Made by a program: the position numbers and the translations under genes. A stretch of DNA of 64,000 nt from contig JBFMHM010000004.1 in assembly GCA_040753015.1 (NCBI GenBank), positions 10,853-74,852 of the forward strand, read 5' to 3'. The DNA comes from Candidatus Omnitrophota bacterium. Its GTDB lineage: Bacteria; Omnitrophota; Gorgyraeia; Gygaellales; JBFMHM01. Below the pieces are notes generated by a model, which was not told where the DNA came from, searched no databases, and saw only the letters and a program-made list of their open reading frames with translations. Positions within the stretch are counted from its first letter, which is position 1. Each line of letters opens with the position of its first letter. Shown piece by piece: positions 56,663 to 64,000 of this stretch.

Positions 56663-57456
56663 AACTCTTCTTTTGTCGGTGCCCTACCATGAAAATCAAC
56701 CACATTCTCCATAAAAGATACGCCTTTACCCTTAATTGTATGAGCAATTATAATAGATGGCTTACCCTTAATAGTTTTTGCCTCTTCATATGCTTCTAAA
56801 ATTTTTCCTATATCGTGACCGTCAATTTCAATTGTATGCCAGCCAAAAGCCTGCCATTTACCTGCCAAAGGCTCAAGATTCATTATATCTTCTATCCTGC
56901 CATCTATTTGAAAACCATTATAATCCAAAATTGCGCATAAATTATCACATTTAAAATGAGATGCTGCCATCGCTGCCTCCCAAATATTACCCTCTTGTAT
57001 CTCTCCGTCTCCCATAAGGCAATATACACGATAATCGATATTATCTAATCTTGAAGCTAATGCCATTCCGATACTAACAGACAATCCCTGACCAAGAGAT
57101 CCGCTAGCAACTTCAACACCAGGCGCCCTTTTATCAGGATGGCCCTGTAGAATACAGCCAAATTTTCTTAAAGACATAAGGTTTTCTTTTGCAAAATAAC
57201 CGCTTTGGGCTAGAACCGCATAAAGTAAAGGACAACAATGCCCCTTAGACATATGAAATCTATCACGATTAGGCATCTTTGGATTTTTAGGGTCATGGCG
57301 GAGAATATCAAAATAAAGACAGCTAATAAGATCGGTTGATGATAAGCTTCCTCCAGGATGGCCAGAACCCGCATTACAAAGCATCTGAATAATTAAACGC
57401 CGTATTTCTTTTGCTTTTTGTTTTAATTTTTCTATTCTGTTAGGATCAATCGTCAT
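56635..57456 (-). CDS. Transketolase, N-terminal (TPP-binding) subunit
   Basis: 273 aa; GHPGGSLS, GDGEIQEGNIWEA and TPP-binding motifs. Confidence 0.85.
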   Translation of the reverse strand: MTIDPNRIEKLKQKAKEIRRLIIQMLCNAGSGHPGGSLSSTDLISCLYFDILRHDPKNPKMPNRDRFHMSKGHCCPLLYAVLAQSGYFAKENLMSLRKFGCILQGHPDKRAPGVEVASGSLGQGLSVSIGMALASRLDNIDYRVYCLMGDGEIQEGNIWEAAMAASHFKCDNLCAILDYNGFQIDGRIEDIMNLEPLAGKWQAFGWHTIEIDGHDIGKILEAYEEAKTIKGKPSIIIAHTIKGKGVSFMENVVDFHGRAPTKEELCIALKDLE

Positions 57457-58421
57457 TTTTCTAAAGTATTAATTTTTTCCTTTACTTCTATTTGATTAGG
57501 ATTTAATTCTAGCGCCCTTAACCATGCCTCTCTCGCCTTATCAACTTGGCCATCCTTAAAATAGGCATCACCTAAATGATCAAAAATCAAAGGATCGGCT
57601 AAAAAAATCTTTGCTTCTTCTAAAATATTTATTGCTTCTTTATATTGTGCTTTTTTATAGTTAAGCCATCCCAAGCTATCAAGATATGCACCATTTTTTG
57701 GCTCAAAGCTAAGCGCTTTTTTAATTAGTACCTCTGCTTCGTTAAAATTTTTGCCTTCTTCAATGTAAACAAACCCCAGAGAATTTAAAGCTTGATGAAA
57801 ATCTGGATCTATTCTTATCGCTTCCTTAAATTCATTTGCTGCATCAGGCAGTAAATTTTTTTCTAGGTAAATCGAGCCGAGTAAAAAATGAGTAATTTTA
57901 TCTTCTGGGGCCTTAGTAGCTATACCTTTATATACGTCTAACGCTTCATCTAATTTACCCTGCCTAAAATAAACCTCACCTAAAGCTTTTTTAATTTCAA
58001 TATTTTCTGGTTCAACCTGTGAAGCTTTATTTAAAACAATCTCGTATTCTTTAGCTGCTTTTAAAAAATCGCCTTTTGCTCCATATAAAAGAGCTAGAAG
58101 TAGATGCGGTTCCATGCGCTCAGGAGATAAATTAGAAGCAACTACAAATTCATCTATTGCTTCATCTATCCTATCGCGCTTAACATATACAAGGCCTAAC
58201 CTTATATGAATATCAACACTACTATAATCGTACTTTAAAGCTTCTTTATATTCTTCAATCGCCTCATCTAACTTATTAAACTTTTCATAAATAGAGGCTC
58301 TTGTGAAATGAGCATAAGCAGAAGATGTATTATCATTAACAGTAGAAGCGAATAATAAATTTAGGCTAAGAAATATAATAAAAAGACAAAAAAATATTAC
58401 CTTCATAAAAGCATTTTGCAT
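57453..58421 (-). CDS. TPR-repeat secreted protein
   Basis: 322 aa with a signal peptide, then at least seven tandem 34-aa TPR-like repeats. Confidence 0.6.
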   Translation of the reverse strand: MQNAFMKVIFFCLFIIFLSLNLLFASTVNDNTSSAYAHFTRASIYEKFNKLDEAIEEYKEALKYDYSSVDIHIRLGLVYVKRDRIDEAIDEFVVASNLSPERMEPHLLLALLYGAKGDFLKAAKEYEIVLNKASQVEPENIEIKKALGEVYFRQGKLDEALDVYKGIATKAPEDKITHFLLGSIYLEKNLLPDAANEFKEAIRIDPDFHQALNSLGFVYIEEGKNFNEAEVLIKKALSFEPKNGAYLDSLGWLNYKKAQYKEAINILEEAKIFLADPLIFDHLGDAYFKDGQVDKAREAWLRALELNPNQIEVKEKINTLEK

Positions 58422-58590
58422 TTTGCGCTTTTTCCACCCAAGGCGGATCAGCCTATGGCTGAAATTTTCTCTCTTTTTTATCCCCAGGATCTTTTCTTTA
58501 AATGCCGACGACGACGTAACGCTTTCTTTCTTTTATGCGTCGCGATCTTTCGTCTTTTCCTTTTTCTACCGCAAGGCACAGCATCCTCCT

Positions 58591-59475
58591 TTAATATATT
58601 ACCTTATTTAACGGATATTCTATGATCCCCTCTGCACCAGCCTCTCTCAAGCGAGGGATAAGGCGCCTTACATCAAATTCATTAATAATTGTTTCTATGG
58701 CGCACCAATTTTCTTGGGTCAAACTTGAGACTGTCGGTTCTCTTAGTGCTGGGAGCAAAGAAATTATTTTTTTTAGACTACCTTTAGGTACATTCATCTT
58801 AAGTCCAACCTTACTCTCGGATAGAATTGCGCCTTTTAAAAGCATAATAATTTCCTGCATTTTTCTCTTTTTAAAATTATTTCTATAAGAAGTTTTATTC
58901 GCAATAAATTGTGTTGTTGACGTACAAACAGTTGCAATTTCTATTAAACGATTTGCCCGAAGGCTAGAGCCTGTTTCAGTCAATTCAACAATTGCATCAA
59001 CCATACCAGCCCTGACTTTAACTTCTGTAGCACCCCAGCTAAATTCAACCTTCGCCTTAACTTTATTTTTCTTTAGAAAAGCCTTTGTTACATTAACTAA
59101 TTCAGTAGCGATCAGTTTACCTTCTAAATCTTTTATTTTCCTTATTCCGCAACTTTCTGGAACTGCAACTACCCAACGCACAGGAAGTAAACTTTGTTTT
59201 GCATATTCTAAATCACAAAGACGCTCTACATCAGAATTATTCTCACAAATCCAATCATTGCCAGTTATACCACAATCGAGAGCGCCATCAGCCACATAAC
59301 GTGACATCTCCTGAGCTCGTAATAACACGCATTCGATCTCTGCATCATCAATGCTAGGAAAATAAGAACGCTCCTTTATTTTCACATTGAATCCTGCCTT
59401 ATTAAACATCTTAACTGTAGATGCCTCAAGGCTCCCTTTTGGCAAACCTAATTTTATTTTTTCTTCCATATTCAA
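58591..59475 (-). CDS. hisG: ATP phosphoribosyltransferase, long form
   Basis: 294 aa; LGLPKGSL N-terminus, a PRPP-binding region and a C-terminal regulatory domain. Confidence 0.75.
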   Translation of the reverse strand: MNMEEKIKLGLPKGSLEASTVKMFNKAGFNVKIKERSYFPSIDDAEIECVLLRAQEMSRYVADGALDCGITGNDWICENNSDVERLCDLEYAKQSLLPVRWVVAVPESCGIRKIKDLEGKLIATELVNVTKAFLKKNKVKAKVEFSWGATEVKVRAGMVDAIVELTETGSSLRANRLIEIATVCTSTTQFIANKTSYRNNFKKRKMQEIIMLLKGAILSESKVGLKMNVPKGSLKKIISLLPALREPTVSSLTQENWCAIETIINEFDVRRLIPRLREAGAEGIIEYPLNKVIY

Positions 59476-59521
59476 TCTCTTCTTAAAAAATATTTTTCAA
59501 ACGCACTAATTATACATTTAC

Positions 59522-59549
59522 TTGACATTATTGTAAAGCAAAATATAAT
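59522..59549 (+). promoter_or_regulatory. Sigma-70-like promoter for the plus-strand speH/ppiD-like genes
   Basis: TTGACA (59522-59527), a 16-nt spacer and TATAAT (59544-59549). AGGAGA sits 6 nt upstream of the ATG at 59582. Confidence 0.45.
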
Positions 59550-59581
59550 ATAAAAATAAATACACCTAAAGGAGAATATAA

Positions 59582-60028
59582 ATGAAAACAATTAAAAATC
59601 CGGCTTTTGGTTTCCAACTTTTATTAGATTTATACGGTTGCAAAGAAGGTGTTTGTGATGACCTTACTCTTTGTTATCAATATTTAGACGATATCGTTTC
59701 TTTCTTAGGCATGGAAAAACAATCACCCCCTAGCATTTTTAGGACTGACGGAGTAAAATTCCCTGATAAGGCGGGCCTCTCCGGATGGGCTCCTCTTGTA
59801 GAAAGTTCGATAGTAATCCATACGTTAAGCCCGAAAAATTTCATCTCTATTGATGTTTATTGTTGCAAAGAGTTTGACCGCCAAAAAGCTAAAGAATTTA
59901 CCCATAAATTCTTTGAGCCACAAAGGATGGATGATTTTTATTTAGAGCGCGGGCTTGATTATTACAAAGAGGAAAGGAACAGGACAAGAATCACAACTAC
60001 GAACGTAAAAGAAAAAGCTATCCACTAA
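59582..60028 (+). CDS. speH: S-adenosylmethionine decarboxylase proenzyme-like (pyruvoyl-dependent, class 1b)
   Basis: LDLYGC...LVESSIVIHTLSP...SIDVYCC matches the SpeH self-cleavage and active-site pattern (E-S-S/H). Confidence 0.65.
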   Translation: MKTIKNPAFGFQLLLDLYGCKEGVCDDLTLCYQYLDDIVSFLGMEKQSPPSIFRTDGVKFPDKAGLSGWAPLVESSIVIHTLSPKNFISIDVYCCKEFDRQKAKEFTHKFFEPQRMDDFYLERGLDYYKEERNRTRITTTNVKEKAIH

Positions 60029-60046
60029 TCATCTCTTGTAAATTTT

Positions 60047-61168
60047 ATGTTAAAATTTCTAAGAAAGAAAAATATTGCTAAAAAAATTTTCTTATTATTG
60101 GCTATAATCGTCATTCCTGCTTTTGTATTTTGGGGTGTTGGCCCTGGTACAAAAGAAAAAAATAATTCTAAATGCATAGGTGAAATTTTTGGGAAAAAAG
60201 TCGATATAGATGAATTTAAAAAAGCTTATAGGACAGTATTTATCCAGGCTTCCTTAAGATTTGGTGATGAATTCAGAAAAATAGAACCCTTCCTTAATTT
60301 AAGCGAACAAGCCTGGGATAGGCTAATTCTGCTTAAAGAAGCTAAAAATAAACGTATAAAAATAAAAGATGATGAAATAATAAAATTTATTCAGGATCTC
60401 GCTATATTCCAGAAAGATGAAAAATTTGATCAAAAAATATATTCAAATATTCTCCAATATTTAAGAGTAGACCCCAGAGAATTTGAAGAACAAATCCGTG
60501 ATACAATAAAAATTGAAAAATTATATAAGTTTGTAACTGATAATATAAAATTAGATGATAACCAAGCCTTAGACATTTATAAACATAAGAATGATAAGGT
60601 TAAAATTGATTATGTTGATTTTATAATTAAAGATTTCAAACAAAAAGTTAAATTCTCCGATAACCAAATAAAAGAATTCTATGATAAAAATATAACATTA
60701 TTCCCTTTAGAATTTAATAAAGTTAAGGATGAAGTAAAAGAAATGTTTGTAGATATGGAAGCTAAGAAATTAGCGGAAGCTTCTGCTTTAAACGCTATAA
60801 GTACTTTTAAAAAATATGGCGTAAAAGATGAAGCAGGATTTATCAAATCTGCTAAATCACTGAAATTGACAATAAATACGCCAAAAGAGTTTACTCGAGA
60901 AGATTACATTGATAATATAGGAATGAACAAAAATTTCGTTGAAACAGCATTTAATCTTATTCCAAATACATTAAGTGATATTATCGAAACTCCCAGCGGA
61001 TTTTATATAATATTCAAAAGAGATTATATCTTTGCGGATGAAAAACAATTTAATGCTGAAAAAGAAAAACTAAAAGAGCAATATCTCGGCGAGAAAAAAC
61101 AAAAGGCCTTTGACGATTTTTTCAAAGGTCTAAAAAAACGCACCCAACTCTATACCCTGCCAAGATAA
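60047..61168 (+). CDS. PpiD/SurA-N-domain periplasmic chaperone-like protein, membrane anchored
   Basis: N-terminal TM anchor (IFLLLAIIVIPAFVFWGV) followed by a SurA-N-like helical domain; 373 aa. Confidence 0.5.
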   Translation: MLKFLRKKNIAKKIFLLLAIIVIPAFVFWGVGPGTKEKNNSKCIGEIFGKKVDIDEFKKAYRTVFIQASLRFGDEFRKIEPFLNLSEQAWDRLILLKEAKNKRIKIKDDEIIKFIQDLAIFQKDEKFDQKIYSNILQYLRVDPREFEEQIRDTIKIEKLYKFVTDNIKLDDNQALDIYKHKNDKVKIDYVDFIIKDFKQKVKFSDNQIKEFYDKNITLFPLEFNKVKDEVKEMFVDMEAKKLAEASALNAISTFKKYGVKDEAGFIKSAKSLKLTINTPKEFTREDYIDNIGMNKNFVETAFNLIPNTLSDIIETPSGFYIIFKRDYIFADEKQFNAEKEKLKEQYLGEKKQKAFDDFFKGLKKRTQLYTLPR

Positions 61169-61184
61169 CAATACAAAACAAAAA

Positions 61185-61216
61185 GGCGAAAAGTATTTCT
61201 ACTTTTCGCCTTTTTT
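61185..61216. terminator. Bidirectional rho-independent terminator between the ppiD-like and ferredoxin genes
   Basis: GGCGAAAAGTA-TTTC-TACTTTTCGCC perfect 11-bp stem, flanked by a T-run on the plus strand and an A-run (T-run on the minus strand). Confidence 0.8.
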
Positions 61217-61229
61217 ACAATCGTTTACT

Positions 61230-61412
61230 TTAAGCTACTTTTATTGCATTTACTGGACAGCTGTCAGCAACTTCTTTTAAATTATGCGTTGGGCAAGCAT
61301 TAGCTAGCACATGTGCAATACCATCACCCTCAACTTTAAAAACTTCAGGACAAGAATTTTCACACAACCCACAACCTACACAAGTAGACGCATCTACAGT
61401 AACTTTTGCCAT
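61230..61412 (-). CDS. Small ferredoxin (single Fe-S cluster)
   Basis: 60 aa; CVGCGLCENSCP...C.......CP pattern. Confidence 0.8.
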   Translation of the reverse strand: MAKVTVDASTCVGCGLCENSCPEVFKVEGDGIAHVLANACPTHNLKEVADSCPVNAIKVA

Positions 61413-61413
61413 C

Positions 61414-62334
61414 TTATTTTCCTCCTTCTTGCTGAACCTGTTCTAATTTTAATCCATAAACTAAAATATTGTTATCTGCAATATCCTGAATTAACTTTAA
61501 TTGCTCTGGGCTTGTAAGCAAATGTTTGAAACGCCCTTGTAATTTTAAATACTCTTCGACCTTAACATCACCTTTAATCTTTCTAACATTGGTTAACTTA
61601 CCATTTTCATATTCAATTATAGGATACAAACCTGTTTCAACCGCAAGCTTTGCAATTTCAAAGGTCAAATTTGACTCATGTCTCCAACCAAGCGGACAAG
61701 GCACATGAATTTGCAAATATTTTGGCCCTTTAATTGAAAGCGCCTTCTTAACTTTCTTTTGTATATCAAGAGGGTAAGCAACTGACGCTGTAGCAACATA
61801 AGGCAGGCCGTGAGCGCGGGCAATCTCTGGCATTGGTTTTTTAGGCCGAGGATTACCAAAAGATTCCTTACCTATTGGCGTAGTAGTAGTATTTGCTTTA
61901 AATGGTGTAAGGCCGCTGCGCTGAACACCTGTATTTTCGTATGCCTCGTTATCATAACAAATACTTAAAATATCATGGCCTCTTTCCCACATTCCCGACA
62001 GTGCCTGTAAACCAATATCTGCCGTACCGCCATCGCCTGCTTGGGCAATTACATTTATTGTGTCTTTTTTCCCAAGATATCTTAAGGCCACTTCAACGCC
62101 AGATGAAACCGCACCGGCATTTTCAAATAATGAATGAATCCAAGGAACACCCCAGGCAGTTTCGGGGTATTTGGTGCTAAATACTTCAAGGCATCCAGTA
62201 TTATTTACAACTATTGTGTTTGGACCAGCTGCATCAATCACAAGGCGTGCTGCCATAGACTGCCCGCATCCTGCACAAGCAGTATGCCCGGATAAAAATA
62301 AATGTTCTTCTTTTTCTTGTGCTGTGTTTATCAT
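61414..62334 (-). CDS. porB: Pyruvate/2-oxoacid:ferredoxin oxidoreductase beta subunit (TPP-binding)
   Basis: GHTACAGCG, GDGG TPP-binding motif and GCLEV; 306 aa. Confidence 0.85.
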   Translation of the reverse strand: MINTAQEKEEHLFLSGHTACAGCGQSMAARLVIDAAGPNTIVVNNTGCLEVFSTKYPETAWGVPWIHSLFENAGAVSSGVEVALRYLGKKDTINVIAQAGDGGTADIGLQALSGMWERGHDILSICYDNEAYENTGVQRSGLTPFKANTTTTPIGKESFGNPRPKKPMPEIARAHGLPYVATASVAYPLDIQKKVKKALSIKGPKYLQIHVPCPLGWRHESNLTFEIAKLAVETGLYPIIEYENGKLTNVRKIKGDVKVEEYLKLQGRFKHLLTSPEQLKLIQDIADNNILVYGLKLEQVQQEGGK

Positions 62335-63512
62335 AGAGCTCCTCCTGTCAACAACTCTGGCTTCAAATCAATAAACTCACCGTCAAGCTCCTTTACTGAA
62401 AGTTTTCTAAAAATTTCTTTAATTGAATCTTTACTAATATCGCGGCCGCCAAGACCAAGAATAAAACTCGAAATTGTTTTAGGTGATTTTTTTCTATTTG
62501 CAAACAATGCCTTTATCTCAGAATACAAAGGCGCTAAACTCCCTAAAGATACAGCCTTGTCAACGACAGCAACCCTTGGAATATCTCTTAAGGCCTTAAA
62601 AATTAATTCCTTAGGAAACGGCCTATAAGACATAATCTTAAGCACTCCCCATTTTTGCCCTTTCTTACGAGCCTCATCAACAACATCTTTTATTGTCCCG
62701 CAAACAGAACCAAGGGCAACAATAACTTTATCCGCATCTTTAGTCTTGTACTCTTCAATTAAATTCCCATATGAACGGCCAAAAATATCCTCGAATTCTT
62801 TTGTAATTTTTGGCATCTCATCCAGTATTTCATCAAACGTCTTCTGAATTGCAAAACGTGTTTCCATATAATAATCTGGATCGGCAAGACACCCTAAACT
62901 TAGAGGTTTATTTATATCTAATTTATAAGGCGCATCATAAACTGGTAAAAATTTATTTACATCAGTTTCGCTAGGTATATCAACGGTTTCAACGCCATGA
63001 GTCAAGATAAAACCATCCATACAAACCATAACTGGGAGCATAAATTTTTTATCCTCGGCTATTTTATATGCTAACAGATGAAAATCAACCGCTTCCTGCA
63101 AATTTTCAGCAAATAATTGCAGCCAACCAGAGTCTCTTAAAGATATCGAATCCTGCTGGTCATTCCAAATATTTATTGGCCCCGAAATCGCCCTATTTGC
63201 GCAAGTCATTACAACCGGAAGGCGCATCCCAGCAATATTAAAAACAACTTCAGCCATAAGAAAAAGCCCTTGAGAACTTGTAGCTGTATAAACCCTAACC
63301 CCGGTTGCTGAACTACCTAAAACAACAGATGCTGCTGAATGCTCGCTCTCTACGTTCACAAACTGCGCGCTAAGCTCTCCGTTACTAACCATTGTGGCGA
63401 GATTTTCAACAATATGAGTCTGTGGTGTAATTGGATAAGCTGAAATAACAGCCGGTTTACATAATTTTATAATCTCGGCTATTGCCTCTGAACCTTCTAA
63501 AAACTTCCTCAT
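62331..63512 (-). CDS. porA: Pyruvate/2-oxoacid:ferredoxin oxidoreductase alpha subunit
   Basis: 393 aa with PFOR domain I/II sequence. It overlaps porB and porD in a tightly packed operon. Confidence 0.85.
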   Translation of the reverse strand: MRKFLEGSEAIAEIIKLCKPAVISAYPITPQTHIVENLATMVSNGELSAQFVNVESEHSAASVVLGSSATGVRVYTATSSQGLFLMAEVVFNIAGMRLPVVMTCANRAISGPINIWNDQQDSISLRDSGWLQLFAENLQEAVDFHLLAYKIAEDKKFMLPVMVCMDGFILTHGVETVDIPSETDVNKFLPVYDAPYKLDINKPLSLGCLADPDYYMETRFAIQKTFDEILDEMPKITKEFEDIFGRSYGNLIEEYKTKDADKVIVALGSVCGTIKDVVDEARKKGQKWGVLKIMSYRPFPKELIFKALRDIPRVAVVDKAVSLGSLAPLYSEIKALFANRKKSPKTISSFILGLGGRDISKDSIKEIFRKLSVKELDGEFIDLKPELLTGGAL

Positions 63513-63772
63513 ATTTTCTCTCCTTCATCTACCATATCAATATCTTTCTTAGGACAAATTGATGCACAAATCCCACAACCCTTACAATAGGCATAATTAC
63601 AATCAAAAGTATTCTTTTCTTTACCAGAGATACATCCTTCAGGACAAAATAAGACACACATACGGCAAGCAATACAATTCTTCTTCAGAAATTTAGGCTT
63701 TTTACCCGTCCTCCACGAACCTGTTTTATTTTTTTTACTTGAACCGGGCCTACCTATTAATGGACCAAACAT
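63509..63772 (-). CDS. porD: Pyruvate:ferredoxin oxidoreductase delta subunit (2x[4Fe-4S])
   Basis: CIACRMCVLFCP and CKGCGICASICP motifs; 87 aa. Confidence 0.8.
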   Translation of the reverse strand: MFGPLIGRPGSSKKNKTGSWRTGKKPKFLKKNCIACRMCVLFCPEGCISGKEKNTFDCNYAYCKGCGICASICPKKDIDMVDEGEKI

Positions 63773-63775
63773 TAT

Positions 63776-64000
63776 TTACCTCCTAAAATATAATCATATC
63801 CTGCTTGGGCAGCTTTAATATTTAAATCAGCAATTTTGGAATTAAACTTCTTATTAATTGCTTCAAATAAAGATTCTAATTTAATCTCTTTTGTAGCTGC
63901 GGCAAATGCTCCTAAAAGTGCGGTATTGCCTAACGGCCTACCTATTGTCTTTAGGGCAATTTCATTCGCTGGAACTCCAAAAACTTTCTGTGTTTTTTTT
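63776..64000 (-). CDS. porG: Pyruvate:ferredoxin oxidoreductase gamma subunit, C-terminal part; continues beyond the window end
   Basis: Minus-strand translation ends ...GRPLGNTALLGAFAAATKEIKLESLFEAINKKFNSKIADLNIKAAQAGYDYILGGK*, typical of the PFOR gamma C-terminus. The ORF is open to the window edge. Confidence 0.7.

Noticed and set aside
1-64000. rRNA genes
   Set aside because: No stretch with rRNA-like composition or conserved 16S/23S motifs is present. All tRNAs are stand-alone rather than in rrn spacers.

Overview
The window is a low-GC (~30-35% by eye) bacterial chromosome segment with almost every gene on the minus strand. It is from a diderm (LPS-containing) anaerobe-like lineage that I cannot name from sequence alone; the evidence is lpxI, lpxA, a fused lpxC-fabZ, lpxD, skp and bamA, plus a four-subunit pyruvate:ferredoxin oxidoreductase (PFOR), a rubrerythrin-like protein and RtcB/archease.

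Core content, in order:
- F-type ATP synthase atpB-E-F-H-(A).
- A trehalose locus: a GT4 glycosyltransferase, an internally repeated hypothetical, otsB, and an otsA carrying an N-terminal transmembrane sensor.
- An AMMECR1 protein, then a secreted PIG-L deacetylase next to a GNAT acetyltransferase.
- A YbhGFSR-like efflux operon: two ABC-2 permeases, two ATPases, a HlyD-family protein, a TolC-family protein and a small regulator with a TGCATA-rich operator region.
- znuACB, then a redox-active-disulfide protein paired with a permease.
- recR, dnaX and tadA.
- A CpaF-like ATPase, followed by a YqeY protein.
- serS, rtcB and archease.
- lpxI-lpxA-lpxC/fabZ-lpxD-skp-bamA.
- dnaB followed by rplI-rpsR-ssb-rpsF.
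- The pth-ctc-prs-glmU block, then spoVG and ispE in Firmicutes-like order.
- A split transketolase, hisG, a speH-like gene and a PpiD-like gene.
- The PFOR genes, with porG continuing past the window end, plus a small ferredoxin.

Nine tRNA genes lie on the minus strand: Asn-GUU, Ser-GCU, Arg-ACG, Ser-GGA, Ser-CGA, Ser-UGA, Lys-CUU, Arg-UCG and Gln-UUG. All four Ser isoacceptors sit within ~10 kb of serS.

The accessory region lies between tRNA-Ser(CGA) and tRNA-Ser(UGA). It holds a degenerate IS3-family element with a frameshifted OrfB and two higher-GC genes of unknown function. Just past tRNA-Ser(UGA), a small GIY-YIG gene is bracketed by a 24-bp direct repeat of the tRNA 5' end. A second tRNA fragment, an Arg 3' end, lies next to tRNA-Arg(UCG). 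I found no rRNA and no CRISPR.
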